Part shown: positions 19,105 through 29,422 of the stretch, piece by piece
How the letters are laid out: each line of letters starts with the position of its first letter
Position numbering within the stretch: the first letter of the stretch is position 1
NCBI GenBank assembly: GCA_963678065.2
Contig: CAXXVZ010000003.1
Location: forward strand, 544,001 to 608,000
DNA length: 64,000 bases
Reading direction: 5' to 3'
Source: Treponemataceae bacterium
GTDB lineage: Bacteria; Spirochaetota; Spirochaetia; Treponematales; Rectinemataceae
Made by a program: the position numbers and the translations under genes
The notes under the pieces: generated by a model
What the model saw: only the letters and a program-made list of their open reading frames with translations
Database searches by the model: none
What the model was told of the DNA's origin: nothing

Positions 19105-19882
19105 GGGAGCCTGCCTTTCGGGCTGCGAGACCCAGAAGCCATTCAGAGAAACCGCAGAGTATGACCGAAGCGGCCGCCCAGGCGAAGACACTCGAAGTTT
19201 CAAGATAGACGCGCGACTCCTGCATGCCCGTGCCGATGGCGCGCGCGGGCTGACTCAACACTTCTCCGGCCACCACCACCTTCCAGCACAGCCCGAGGGC
19301 ATTCTTTGCCCCTGAAAGGATGTGGGGGGCAGCCGCAGGAAACCTCAGGCGGATGAAAAGTTCCCAGCCCGGAACACGGAAGAGTCTCGCCATTTCGAGA
19401 AGTTTCGGGTCGGACGCCATCACTCCGCCCGCCACACTGGTGTGCATGACGGGATAGGCCATGAGGAAGGCTGAAAAGACGGGAACGAAACCCGCGGGAA
19501 ACCAGAGGAGAGCAAGGAGAATGATGGCGAGCACGGGAGTGGCTCTGATCAGGGTGAGGGCGGGCGAGATGGCCACCCCGAACAGGGGAGACACTCCTGC
19601 CGCAAATCCCGTGACGCTTCCCACGGCTACGCAGAGTCCAAACGCGAAGATCACTCTCCCGAAGGTGGACATGACGGCCGAGATAAACTCGGGGCGGCCG
19701 TAGAGATCGAGAGAGACGGAAAACACGTCGGCAGGCGAGGGGAATACGATCGATTTCCCCACGAGCGAGGCGAGAAGCTGCCACAGAGCGAGGATGAGGA
19801 GGGCCGAAAGAAAGCCCGCGATGGTCCTTTTCGGCCCTGCCTCAGAACTCCGCGTAGAACGCTCCGTCGGGCAGGCTGCCAC
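19094..19882 (-). CDS. NitT/TauT-type ABC transporter permease
   Basis: Multi-TM; LLEMARLF EAA-like loop; WKVVVAGE. Confidence 0.9.
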   Translation of the reverse strand: MAACPTERSTRSSEAGPKRTIAGFLSALLILALWQLLASLVGKSIVFPSPADVFSVSLDLYGRPEFISAVMSTFGRVIFAFGLCVAVGSVTGFAAGVSPLFGVAISPALTLIRATPVLAIILLALLWFPAGFVPVFSAFLMAYPVMHTSVAGGVMASDPKLLEMARLFRVPGWELFIRLRFPAAAPHILSGAKNALGLCWKVVVAGEVLSQPARAIGTGMQESRVYLETSSVFAWAAASVILCGFSEWLLGLAARKAGSHAL

Positions 19883-20798
19883 CTATGGATGCAGGAGCGA
19901 TGGCCAGAAAGGTCGCGAGCAAGGCTTCCACGGCCGGTCTCGCCTCTTTTGCTGTCAGGAACACGTAGTTGCTCCGTGGAATAGCCTTGGAGGCCACGGT
20001 GGCTTTCAGTCCCAGGTCGTGCCTCTCGACAAGAACCCCGGCCGCGGCCGGATTGCTCCTCACCCAGCCGATCGATTCACGGTAGGAAGCGAGCAACACC
20101 CTGACAGCCTCGGGCATCTCGGAGGCGAGCCGCGAAGAGACGACAAAGGCTGTCATCGGGTACGAGTTCTGTCCGGTCGCCGATTTCCAGAGAAAGTCGA
20201 TGTCGAGAGGGGATACAATGTCGGCGTTGGCCGTCCTCGCCATGGTGGCGAAAGGTTCGGGAAGGATGGCGATCCTGATCTTGCCCGCAGCGAGGGCCAT
20301 GGCAGCTTCAGGGTAGGGGAGGCTGTAATTCAGCTTCAAATCCTTTTCGGGATCGAGTCCGGCCTTTCTCAGAATAGCGCGGAAGACAAAGTCAGGCGTG
20401 GCACCCTGCCCTGCGACGCTCACCTCGCGGCCGCGCAGGTCGGAGAGCGAATGGATTGAAGGGTCGTTTGTCAGGAAGCTCACCATGCCGTTGCCAGTGA
20501 TGGCCGCGAGGCGGATGGGAATCTTCGAGGTGAAGAGCTTTGCCGCGACGTTTATAGGGAGTATCGCCGCGTCGAATTCGCCCGATATGACTTTGGCCGC
20601 GACGAGATCAGCGCTGCCGACCGCTGTCATTACGATTTTTGCGCCGGGAACGGCCGGCACCGTGTCGAACATTTTCACCATGCCAATGCCGCTCGGCCCC
20701 TTGAGTCCGGCGACAACAAGTTTGTGCAGGTCTTGCCCCTGCGCGAAGGCGGACTGAATCCCAGCCGCCACGAGAAGGATAATGATCGCTCTCTTCAC
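19842..20798 (-). CDS. NitT/TauT-type ABC transporter substrate-binding protein
   Basis: Signal peptide; LKGPSGIG, GQGATPD, LPEPFAT. Confidence 0.88.
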   Translation of the reverse strand: MKRAIIILLVAAGIQSAFAQGQDLHKLVVAGLKGPSGIGMVKMFDTVPAVPGAKIVMTAVGSADLVAAKVISGEFDAAILPINVAAKLFTSKIPIRLAAITGNGMVSFLTNDPSIHSLSDLRGREVSVAGQGATPDFVFRAILRKAGLDPEKDLKLNYSLPYPEAAMALAAGKIRIAILPEPFATMARTANADIVSPLDIDFLWKSATGQNSYPMTAFVVSSRLASEMPEAVRVLLASYRESIGWVRSNPAAAGVLVERHDLGLKATVASKAIPRSNYVFLTAKEARPAVEALLATFLAIAPASIGGSLPDGAFYAEF

Positions 20799-20892
20799 AT
20801 CGACTCCCTTTTACCGGAACTGCCCGGTAAGTCTGTGACACTCCGACGTCTGGGGGCAGACATTCCGCTACCCGGACACGGTGAAAAATTTT

Positions 20893-22434
20893 CTAGTCTC
20901 CGCCTATGAGCGAGCGAAGTTCCTGCATGCGCTTCTCGTCGATCTTGACAAAAAGATTTTTTTCCTGTGTGGGAATGACAAGTCCCTTGGGGCCATCTTT
21001 CACGCGCCTAAGGTATTTGGCCTGGGTGTAATAAAGGTCTCCCTGACCGCCCGTGCGGCCCTTGGAATAATACAATGCGAGCTTGCCAGCATCGAGCAGA
21101 ATGGCGAGGGGCACGGTTTTGCCGGGTCTGGCCTTGATGAAGACGTAAGAGCCCGCCCAGTCTCTCGCGTGCAGCCACATGTCGGAACCGCGGATGTGCC
21201 GTCGGAGGAGTTCGTCATTTTCCTTCGCCGATCTCCCGACGAGAATGGTCCACCCGGAAACCTCGAGGGACAGTCCCGGATAGACTCTCTTGACCGAAGT
21301 GCGGACAGTTCCTGCCCGCGCGAGTGCTTTCGCGATCCTGAAAACTTCCGGCTCAGCCTCCAGCGCGACGAACTCTGCCTCGGCCTCCGCGAGTGAGCTC
21401 CGCAGCTCTCCGAGCTCGCGCTCCACCTCCGACAGTCCCGAAACGGCTTTCTTGTATTTCGTGTAGTATTCCCGGGCATTTTCGGCGATGTCGAGATCCG
21501 GATCGAGGGGAATACCGACTCTGCCTCCACGGAAAAAATCGTCAAGCTCCACAAAGCTGCGGCGCGAATGCCCTTTTGCTTCGCTCTCTTCCGCTCTGCC
21601 CTCTTCGGCTTTTTCGCTTCTGTCCGACCTTCCCCCAACTGTTGCGGCTGCAGCGACTTCTGCGCTGCCTATCGCTCCCATGAGTATATCCCCGAGTTCC
21701 CGGTACCGCTTTGCGCCCGAGAACTCCGCGAAACGGCGTTCGAGCCCGGCTATTCTCTCTCCGAGAAGACTCTTCCGTTTTTCGAAGCGTTCCCTCGCGA
21801 GGGCGATGAGGCGATCTCTCGAAAGTTCGGTGCCGGACGCATCGTAGAAGGATTCGACCCTTTGGTTGAAGCTTCCTTCCCCGGGTAGATCCCTGACGGC
21901 GAATACCCTCGCGCTGATGGAGGGACGGGCCGCAAGTTCCTCTTCAAGCAGGAAGGGCGCGCCGGAAACCTCTCCCTTTCCCGGTCTGCGGGCGAGAACA
22001 TCCACGATGATACCCGTGGCGTCGTCGACGAGGATGATGTTGCCCGCGCCGCTCCAGAGTCGGGCGTAGAGTCTGTAGCGAACCTGCATCATCTCGCCAG
22101 AGCCTTCGGAGGTTTCGACATATGTCATTATGCCAAAACGAAGTACGCGTTCAGAACCAAGTTGGCTCAGGGATTCGATCCGCCCGTCCTTTATGCGCGA
22201 CCTGAGACATTCCATGAAGCGAAGAGGCCGCTCCGGCTTCGGGACCCGCCGGGAGAGGCTGTGAATCCTGCATCCGGAGGGAGCGATCGAAACAAGAAGC
22301 TCCGTCTCCTTCCCGGACTTGTACAGGCCGAGGATGAGTGTATCGAAAGAAGGCTGCAGGATTCGCTGGATCTGGCAGCCCGCGAGATCAAGTTCCGAAA
22401 GGACGAGGTCGATCTCCTTGTGGTTGAGCGACAT
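20893..22434 (-). CDS. rqcH: NFACT-domain protein (RqcH/FbpA family)
   Basis: NFACT-N (RFMECLRSRI), coiled coil ENAREYYTKYKK, NFACT-R (VGRSAKENDEL..WLHARDWAGSYV). Confidence 0.88.
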   Translation of the reverse strand: MSLNHKEIDLVLSELDLAGCQIQRILQPSFDTLILGLYKSGKETELLVSIAPSGCRIHSLSRRVPKPERPLRFMECLRSRIKDGRIESLSQLGSERVLRFGIMTYVETSEGSGEMMQVRYRLYARLWSGAGNIILVDDATGIIVDVLARRPGKGEVSGAPFLLEEELAARPSISARVFAVRDLPGEGSFNQRVESFYDASGTELSRDRLIALARERFEKRKSLLGERIAGLERRFAEFSGAKRYRELGDILMGAIGSAEVAAAATVGGRSDRSEKAEEGRAEESEAKGHSRRSFVELDDFFRGGRVGIPLDPDLDIAENAREYYTKYKKAVSGLSEVERELGELRSSLAEAEAEFVALEAEPEVFRIAKALARAGTVRTSVKRVYPGLSLEVSGWTILVGRSAKENDELLRRHIRGSDMWLHARDWAGSYVFIKARPGKTVPLAILLDAGKLALYYSKGRTGGQGDLYYTQAKYLRRVKDGPKGLVIPTQEKNLFVKIDEKRMQELRSLIGGD

Positions 22435-22473
22435 TCAGGTCTCCATGACGGCGGCGGGAAAGCCCGCCACCGC

Positions 22474-25296
22474 TCACCGTCCGTGGCAATGCTTGTATTT
22501 CTTGCCGGAACCGCAGGGGCAGGGATCATTCCTGCCTACCTTTTCGCCAGTCCGAACCACGGTGGCTCCCTCGGGGTTCGCCGCCTCCGCGACAGTCGAG
22601 CGGGTCGGCCTTCCGTCGACAGCGCTGCCGGGGGAGGCCGATGCGCCGTGCCCCGATCTTGGGCCTGTGGCAGCGGCCGGACCGCCGCCGGCCGCACCGT
22701 AGCCTGCGGCGCTCTCGTGAGTCGTGCTTGCGGGTGTTGCGACCGGGTTTCGCGTTGCCCTGTCTTCGGAAGTCTGAATCCTGACGAGATAGACTCTGGA
22801 GGCTATCAGGTCCCGAATGCCGTCTATCATGCGGTCGAAGATTTCAAATCCTTCGAGCTTGTACTCCAGGAGAGGATTCTTCTGCCCGTAGGATCGGAGG
22901 TAGACTGCCTCGCGGAGGGCTTCCATGTTTTCGAGGTGGTCCAGCCACTTGTTGTCGATTTCCTGTAAGTACTGATACTTGATGAAGTTGTTGAGATTTT
23001 TCGCCCCTGCATACTCGAGCTTGCGTCCGAGATCGGCCTCGAGAAGGCCATTGATTGCGGCCTTGAGCTCGACAGGTCCCGAAGCTTTGGACAAAATGTC
23101 CTGCGGAAGCTGGATGTTGAATGTCTCTCGCAGGGTGGACTGGAGTCCCGCGTATGAACGCGCGTTTCCCCTTTTCCCCGAATCCTCGAGCGATTTGATA
23201 GCCGTTTCGACCATCTCTGCGGCCGTCTCCCGTATGCGCGCGAGCAGGTTCATTTCCCCGAGTATCGAGTCCCTCTGGGTATAGATGTACTTCCGCTGCT
23301 GGTTGAGAACGTCGTCATATTCGAGAAGGTGTTTGCGCACCTCGAAGTTGCGATCCTCGACGCGCTTCTGGGCGCCTTCTATTGTCTTGTTGAGAAGAGG
23401 ATGGTAGATCGGTTCTCCGGGCTTCATACCCGCCCTGCTCATAAGCTTTTTGAAGTTATCACCGCCGAAGAGCCGCATGAGATCATCGTCCAAGGAGAGG
23501 AAGAAGACCGATTTGCCCGGATCTCCCTGGCGCCCCGAGCGTCCGCGCAGCTGATTGTCGATGCGTCTGCTCTCGTGGCGCTCCGTTCCGAGTACGTAGA
23601 GGCCACCGAGACTCTTCACTTCTTCGTAGTCTTTCCGCCAGAGAGTCAACTCCGCTTCCAGGGCCGTCTGGTACTCGGAGGGAGTGGCCTGACTCCCCGC
23701 GCGCTTGTTGGCGCGGAATTCAGGATTGCCGCCGAGCTTGATGTCCGTTCCGCGGCCAGCCATGTTGGTGGCTATGGTGACCGATCCCTTGGCACCCGCT
23801 TCTGAGATGATGGTCGCCTCGCGGGCGTGGTTCTTCGCGTTGAGGACCTCGTGGCGTATTCCCCTGCGGGTGAGCAAGGAGGAGAGTATTTCTGATTTTT
23901 CGATGGAAACCGTTCCGACGAGCATGGGCTGGCCCTTCTTGTGGGTCTCGACTATCTCGTCGCAGATGGCTTCATACTTCTCGGATTCGTTGAGAAAGAC
24001 GAGGTCATCCTCATCCTTGCGCACGACAGGTCTGTTCGATGGGATAACAACGACATCAAGACTGTATATTTTATTAAACTCTGGAGCTTCGGTATCTGCC
24101 GTTCCTGTCATTCCTGATATTTTTGCATACAATCTGAAGTAATTCTGGAATGTGATTGTGGCCAGAGTGCGGTTGCGCCGCGCGACCTTGATACCTTCCT
24201 TGGCCTCGATGGCCTCGTGGAGGCCATCGGAGTACCTGCGCCCGTGCAGCATGCGCCCCGTAAACTCGTCGACGATCTGGACGAGCCCGTCCTGGACCAC
24301 ATAGTCGACATCCTTCTCGAAGAGCACGCGGGCCTTCACGGCCTGGGTGAAATAATGCACAAACTCGAAGTTGCCTTCGTCGAAGAGACTTCCTTTGATG
24401 AGACCGCGCCTTTCGAGAAGCTGTTCCATTTTGTCGAGACCGGACGAAGTGAAGCTGATCTTTTTGTTCTTCTCCTCGACCTTGTAGTCTCCGACGAGTG
24501 TTTCGCCATCCTCTTCCTTGGGATATTCGCCGGTTTCGGGTTTCTTCTCCACTTCGACCAAGGAGGCTGCGAGCCTGTTGATCTCGTTGACTTTGAAGGT
24601 GTCATCCTCGGCAGGACCGGAGATGATGAGGGGCGTTCTGGCCTCGTCGATGAGGATCGAATCGATTTCGTCGACGATGCAGTAGTTGTGACCCCTCTGG
24701 ACGCGTTGGTCCTGGCTCCAGGTCATGTTGTCGCGGAGGTAGTCGAATCCGAACTCGTTGTTTGTGCCGTAGGTGATGTCGCAGGCGTAGGAGGCCTTGC
24801 GGGCCTCGTTGTCCATGCGGGAGAGGATGCAGCCCACAGTGAGCCCGAGGAAGCGGAACACGCGTCCCATCCACTCCGAGTCTCGCTCTGCGAGGTAGTC
24901 GTTGACCGTCACGATGTGGACGCCCTTGCCTTCGAGCGCGTTCAGATAGGCCGCCGAAACGGAGGAGAGTGTCTTGCCCTCGCCGGTTTTCATTTCGACG
25001 ATCTTGCCCTGATGCAGAACGAGTCCACCGAGGATCTGGACATCGAAGGGACGCTCGCCGAGAACCCGCCGGGCGGCTTCCCGCACGAGAGCGAAGGATT
25101 CCGGCAGAATCGCGTCCACAGGCTCGCCCTCCGAGAGGCGTTTCCGGAAACCTGCGGTCTGGACGGGAAAATCCGCGTCGGGGAGCGAAAGCGCCCAACT
25201 TTCTTTGGTAGTGACAGAGTGGAGTACGGGAACCAGGGATTTGATATCGCGCTCCCTTTTGGTGCCCACCAGCGCGGAGAGGATGTTCATGCTCAT
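22474..25296 (-). CDS. secA: preprotein translocase SecA
   Basis: EMKTGEGKT, VTVNDYLA, DEIDSILIDEARTPLIISG, ATNMAGRGTDI, SEC-C CPCGSGKKYKHCHG; start placed at MSMNILSAL. Confidence 0.98.
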   Translation of the reverse strand: MSMNILSALVGTKRERDIKSLVPVLHSVTTKESWALSLPDADFPVQTAGFRKRLSEGEPVDAILPESFALVREAARRVLGERPFDVQILGGLVLHQGKIVEMKTGEGKTLSSVSAAYLNALEGKGVHIVTVNDYLAERDSEWMGRVFRFLGLTVGCILSRMDNEARKASYACDITYGTNNEFGFDYLRDNMTWSQDQRVQRGHNYCIVDEIDSILIDEARTPLIISGPAEDDTFKVNEINRLAASLVEVEKKPETGEYPKEEDGETLVGDYKVEEKNKKISFTSSGLDKMEQLLERRGLIKGSLFDEGNFEFVHYFTQAVKARVLFEKDVDYVVQDGLVQIVDEFTGRMLHGRRYSDGLHEAIEAKEGIKVARRNRTLATITFQNYFRLYAKISGMTGTADTEAPEFNKIYSLDVVVIPSNRPVVRKDEDDLVFLNESEKYEAICDEIVETHKKGQPMLVGTVSIEKSEILSSLLTRRGIRHEVLNAKNHAREATIISEAGAKGSVTIATNMAGRGTDIKLGGNPEFRANKRAGSQATPSEYQTALEAELTLWRKDYEEVKSLGGLYVLGTERHESRRIDNQLRGRSGRQGDPGKSVFFLSLDDDLMRLFGGDNFKKLMSRAGMKPGEPIYHPLLNKTIEGAQKRVEDRNFEVRKHLLEYDDVLNQQRKYIYTQRDSILGEMNLLARIRETAAEMVETAIKSLEDSGKRGNARSYAGLQSTLRETFNIQLPQDILSKASGPVELKAAINGLLEADLGRKLEYAGAKNLNNFIKYQYLQEIDNKWLDHLENMEALREAVYLRSYGQKNPLLEYKLEGFEIFDRMIDGIRDLIASRVYLVRIQTSEDRATRNPVATPASTTHESAAGYGAAGGGPAAATGPRSGHGASASPGSAVDGRPTRSTVAEAANPEGATVVRTGEKVGRNDPCPCGSGKKYKHCHGR

Positions 25297-25303
25297 GGAA
25301 GAT

Positions 25304-25332
25304 AGAATACTTTTTACGGCCTGGGGGGTCAA
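25304..25332 (-). promoter_or_regulatory. putative sigma70 promoter for secA (leaderless geometry)
   Basis: TTGACC-17nt-TATTCT-7nt-ATG, no SD. Confidence 0.65.
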
Positions 25333-25403
25333 GTTCGCAGCGAAAGATGCAAAAGCCGCCGACATTGACACCCAGAGGAGTGCGGAGGTACTACTTTCCC
25401 AGG

Positions 25404-26681
25404 ATGAGAGTCACTGCACAGTCTCTGCGCACCTTGCTGTCCACGGGCGCGGCAATCCTCGTCGCCGTCCTCGCCTTCTCCTGTACGCGCGGTGGCGAGG
25501 GCATCGCCGTCGGCAGGGAGAAATTGTTCTCCCTCGAGTATGGCCCGGGCGAAAATCAGCTCGACCTCTTTCCCGGCGGAAAAGGAACGGAAGATCTGAA
25601 GACGCGGATAGCGATGAGGGAGGGCATTTTCCTCATCTCCAACGGTCCGGGGGCCAAGGTCTCGCGCTTCTCCTCCTTCGGCGACATCCTCTCGATGGTA
25701 TACAACCCCGAGCGTGGAGGCAAACCTTTTTTCCTCTCCGCCATCGACTCCCGTTCACAGTTGCTTCCCGGGGAGAGCGCCGTCGGACGCTTCGCCTCAC
25801 CCTATCCTTTGAGCCAGAATGGAGAAATAGCGATCGACTCAGCCCAGAATCTCTATGTCGAGGACAGGACAGGCGATTCGGGCAGAGTGAATGACCCGCA
25901 GACGGGGGACATTCTCGACAGCGTGGTGCTCAGGTTCGACAGGACTGGCAGAAATACTGGCTATCTCGGTCAGGAAGGCGTGGGGGGCACTCCCTTTCAT
26001 ACCATTTCAGCGATCCATGTCAACGAATCCGACGATTGCATCGTGATATCCGCTTCCGAAGACGAGTGGTTCGCGCACTGGTTCGACAAGCGGGGAGTCC
26101 TCGTCAAGTCGCTCCGGATCAGGCGCGACGCCCTGCCGCTACCCGAGGGCGAAAAAGACCTCATCGCCTCGCTGGATGGCATGGCCCCCGACGTGAAAGA
26201 GCGGAATCTCATTCTCAAGATCGACTACTACGCTACCGTGAAAGAGAAGACGACAGGTGCGGTGATCGGCACGGAATACCGCAGTTCGTGGATTCAGGCG
26301 CTCAGACTGGAAGACGCTTCCACGGCGTTCCGCCTCGAGATTCCTGTGCCAGGGAGAAACGGATCGGGCCTCGTGCGGAGCTCGGCCTCTGGCGGCACGC
26401 CGATTCCTGCCTTTCTCGGCCTGGCCGGAAACGAAATATTCCTCATGAGCGTCCTCTCCGACGGCACTACCCGGATTTCGGCGCTGAGCCGTTCATCCAG
26501 GAATCTCATCCGCTACGATATCCGCATACAGCCCGAAGAGATGCGCTACGCTTCCTTCTTCATCTCCCGCGAGGGTATCCTCTGCGCCCTCCTCGCGGGC
26601 GAGTACAAGGCCGATATCGTCTGGTGGCGCTTCGACAAGCTTCTCCTCAGGAGCCTGTCCGCCGAAAGGAGCCCGCAATGA
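25404..26681 (+). CDS. hypothetical lipoprotein, probably beta-rich, divergent from secA
   Basis: Lipobox LAFSC; long ORF with backbone-like codon usage; ATGA overlap with next gene. Confidence 0.75.
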   Translation: MRVTAQSLRTLLSTGAAILVAVLAFSCTRGGEGIAVGREKLFSLEYGPGENQLDLFPGGKGTEDLKTRIAMREGIFLISNGPGAKVSRFSSFGDILSMVYNPERGGKPFFLSAIDSRSQLLPGESAVGRFASPYPLSQNGEIAIDSAQNLYVEDRTGDSGRVNDPQTGDILDSVVLRFDRTGRNTGYLGQEGVGGTPFHTISAIHVNESDDCIVISASEDEWFAHWFDKRGVLVKSLRIRRDALPLPEGEKDLIASLDGMAPDVKERNLILKIDYYATVKEKTTGAVIGTEYRSSWIQALRLEDASTAFRLEIPVPGRNGSGLVRSSASGGTPIPAFLGLAGNEIFLMSVLSDGTTRISALSRSSRNLIRYDIRIQPEEMRYASFFISREGILCALLAGEYKADIVWWRFDKLLLRSLSAERSPQ

Positions 26682-28228
26682 TTTCCCTTGCAAGCTGCGA
26701 CGAAGCGGCTGCCTGCGACGCCGCGACACAAAAAATGGCCCTCCTCGCGGAGGGAACCCTCATGGAGATTGCGGCCCTCCGGCTCTGGGATGCTGTGCGG
26801 AAACTCCTCCCGGAATGCGGCGCAGGCGCGGGAAGATCCGGCGGAGGCGCCATCGTCGCCCTCTGCGGATCGGGCAACAACGCGGGGGATGCTCTCGCCC
26901 TTGTCCGGAATGCCGTGTTCTCAGGCTACGGCAACTGCGCCGCTGTCCTGTGCAGAGAGACTCACGGCTCTCTCGCTTCTGCGCACGCGGCCAGCCTGAA
27001 AGCCCTCGGGATTCCTGTCCTTTCCTGGACGGCGAAGCGGGCGGAATCGGAGGCAATTCTCGGGACCGCGGGTTTGATCGTGGACGGATTGGCTGGGACG
27101 GGACTCAAAGGCAGCCTGCACGGTCCGGCCCTCGAGGCTCTGCGCTTCGTTTCGGGACTGCCTTGCCGGGCACAGGGTGGGCCGGCCATCGCCGCCGTAG
27201 ACCTTCCTTCCGGGCTCGGTGACGGTATCCTGTCGGATTCCGAGGTAGTGCGGGCCGATTGGACGCTTTCCGTCGAGCCTCGCAAGCGGGCCCTCTACCT
27301 GCCGGCTTTTCGCAGATCGGTCGGGGTCGTGGTCCCGGTCGATGGGGTCCTTCCTGTGAACATGAGACCAGAGAGCAGGTCCTTCCTCATCGAGGCGTCG
27401 GACCTTGGCGATTTCCTTCCCGCCGAGAGGCCCTGGCACTACAAGGGAAGCCGCGGCAGGCTCGCCGTGTTCGCCGGGGGAGCCGGGACGACAGGCGCGG
27501 CCTCGCTCTGTGCCCGCGCGGCCCTCGCATCGGGGGCGGGCTATGTCGCCCTGTATTCCGAACCGGGACTCCAGGACATCCTGGCAGCGCGGCACGAGGA
27601 AGTCATGGTGAGACCGAATCCCGATCCGGCGGAGGGCTTCGATTTTTCGGCCTGGGATACCCTGCTCGCCGGTCCCGGATGGAAGGTGAACGAGGAAAAT
27701 GTGCGGAGACTGAAGGTCCTCCTGTCGGGAGGCCTTCCCGCTGTCCTCGACGCTGGCGCGATTCTCATGTACCGCGATCTCGCCGAAGGAGGCTTCCGTA
27801 CCTCGGCGCCCATCATCCTCACACCCCATCCCGGAGAATGCGCGAAGCTCTGCCGTTGTCGGCCGGAAGATCTCCTCGCCGATCCCGAAAAATTTTTGCC
27901 AAAGCTCGCGGAGTCGACCGGGGCGCACATCGTGTTCAAGTCTCACGTCACATGGATTGTCGCCCCCTCGAGGACGATACGGATATGGGACGGCATGGAG
28001 TGCGGGCTCGGAACCGCGGGTTCGGGGGATGTGCTCGCAGGGCTGGTGGCGGGTCTTCTTGCCCGCGAGGCGGCGGCGGGGCATGCGGATAGAGCGCTCG
28101 ATGCCGCCTGCGCCGCCGTCCTCGCCCACGGTATTTCCGGAAAAACCCTCCGGAATCGGGAAGGATGGTTCACGGCAGGGCGAATCGTCGAGGCCGCAGC
28201 CTTCATTCTCGGCTCGCCTGCGACTTAA
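26678..28228 (+). CDS. nnr: bifunctional NAD(P)H-hydrate epimerase/dehydratase
   Basis: CGSGNNAGDA, VDGLAGTG, AVDLPSG; YKGSRG, GPG, VLDAGA, LTPHPGE, TAGSGDVLAG. Confidence 0.92.
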   Translation: MISLASCDEAAACDAATQKMALLAEGTLMEIAALRLWDAVRKLLPECGAGAGRSGGGAIVALCGSGNNAGDALALVRNAVFSGYGNCAAVLCRETHGSLASAHAASLKALGIPVLSWTAKRAESEAILGTAGLIVDGLAGTGLKGSLHGPALEALRFVSGLPCRAQGGPAIAAVDLPSGLGDGILSDSEVVRADWTLSVEPRKRALYLPAFRRSVGVVVPVDGVLPVNMRPESRSFLIEASDLGDFLPAERPWHYKGSRGRLAVFAGGAGTTGAASLCARAALASGAGYVALYSEPGLQDILAARHEEVMVRPNPDPAEGFDFSAWDTLLAGPGWKVNEENVRRLKVLLSGGLPAVLDAGAILMYRDLAEGGFRTSAPIILTPHPGECAKLCRCRPEDLLADPEKFLPKLAESTGAHIVFKSHVTWIVAPSRTIRIWDGMECGLGTAGSGDVLAGLVAGLLAREAAAGHADRALDAACAAVLAHGISGKTLRNREGWFTAGRIVEAAAFILGSPAT

Positions 28229-28324
28229 GGCCCCTGCGGGCGTAATTCAATCTTGACCCAAGCATTCCGATCATAATACTGTTGCTGCAATACGGGGCCG
28301 CGAACGGCCGGGAGCATCCGGAAG

Positions 28325-28744
28325 ATGATACAGTTCTACTTTCTGTCGATTGTCCTGAATATAGTCGGCGGATACGCCCTGTGCAGTGATATTCCCCTGC
28401 CAAAACCGGGGCCTTTCGATGGCGTCAGGACTTTCCTCCTCGACCGGACTGTGCGCCTCGTGCTCGGCATCCTCATGGCGGTTACAGGCGTATTCAAGCT
28501 CCTCAACGCGATCAGAGGAGATCTGCCCATCGTTGGCGATTTTCTTCCGGCAATGGCAGGCATCGCGGGCGGCGTCGCCCTCCTTGTCGAACTCTACAAC
28601 CAGCCCGAAGTAAATCCGGCAGGAGCTGAGCGCACTCCAGGCAAGGCAGAGAGGCTCTTCATGAAAAACAAGTCCGTCATCGGCATCGCCGCCATTATAA
28701 CCGGGGTCGTGCATTTTGCCTTCCCCACGGTTCTCTTCCTGTGA
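28325..28744 (+). CDS. hypothetical integral membrane protein (about 4 TM)
   Basis: Hydrophobic segments; fills the gap before the NUDIX gene. Confidence 0.75.
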   Translation: MIQFYFLSIVLNIVGGYALCSDIPLPKPGPFDGVRTFLLDRTVRLVLGILMAVTGVFKLLNAIRGDLPIVGDFLPAMAGIAGGVALLVELYNQPEVNPAGAERTPGKAERLFMKNKSVIGIAAIITGVVHFAFPTVLFL

Positions 28745-28751
28745 GGCCGGA

Positions 28752-29135
28752 ATGAGACGCTCCGTCGCAGCCATCGTCGTATCGGATGGAAAATTCTTCG
28801 TGGCGCGGCGTCCCTTCGGGGGCGCGCTCGGCATGATGTGGGAGTTCCCCGGTGGCAAGGTCGAGGAGGGCGAAACCGACGAGGAAGCGATTGTCCGCGA
28901 GTTCGACGAAGAATTCGGGGCGGCTGTCGTTCCGGTCCGCATGCTGGGCCAGACAGAATTCCTCCACAATGGCAGAGCGCGCGAACTGGCCGCCTGGCTC
29001 GTGACCTTACGTAGCGACGCTCATCTGGAACTCCGCGAACATACGGAGTGCCGCTGGGTAGGCAGACCGGAATTCGCCGATCTGCCGTTTGCGGATTCGG
29101 ACCGCTCGCTTCTGGGCTTCCTGAACGAGCTCTGA
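28752..29135 (+). CDS. NUDIX hydrolase (MutT/NudG-like)
   Basis: WEFPGGKVEEGETDEEAIVREFDEEFG Nudix box. Confidence 0.92.
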   Translation: MRRSVAAIVVSDGKFFVARRPFGGALGMMWEFPGGKVEEGETDEEAIVREFDEEFGAAVVPVRMLGQTEFLHNGRARELAAWLVTLRSDAHLELREHTECRWVGRPEFADLPFADSDRSLLGFLNEL

Positions 29136-29179
29136 AATATGCGGCGCTCGCGAGCGCCAGACGGGACATGGGTGGTCGT

Positions 29180-29422
29180 TCAATCCGACTCTTCTTCCTT
29201 TTCACCGAAAAGACTCAGCGCGGGCTTTTCCGATACTTCTCCGGGATCGTTGAGGAGAATCTCCACCTTGCCCTGGATTTTTTCCAGATCGCGCTCGAGA
29301 CCCTTCGACAGTTTTATGCCCTCTTCGAAGACCGACACCGCTTCCTCGAGGGGAAGATCCGGCTCGCGTATCTTCTCGGCGAGTTCCTCGAGCCGTGCAA
29401 GTCGCGATTCGAAATTTTTCAT
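29180..29422 (-). CDS. xseB: exodeoxyribonuclease VII small subunit
   Basis: FESRLARLEEL...LPLEEAVSVFEEGIKL. Confidence 0.93.
   Translation of the reverse strand: MKNFESRLARLEELAEKIREPDLPLEEAVSVFEEGIKLSKGLERDLEKIQGKVEILLNDPGEVSEKPALSLFGEKEEESD

Noticed and set aside
20799..20892. Possible riboswitch before the NitT/TauT ABC operon
   Set aside because: Only a short TTACCGG/CCGGTAA hairpin; no aptamer consensus recognised.
26036..26677. 214-aa N-terminal extension of Nnr in the ORF track
   Set aside because: It overlaps the lipoprotein gene in another frame; the real start is the ATGA-coupled ATG at 26678.
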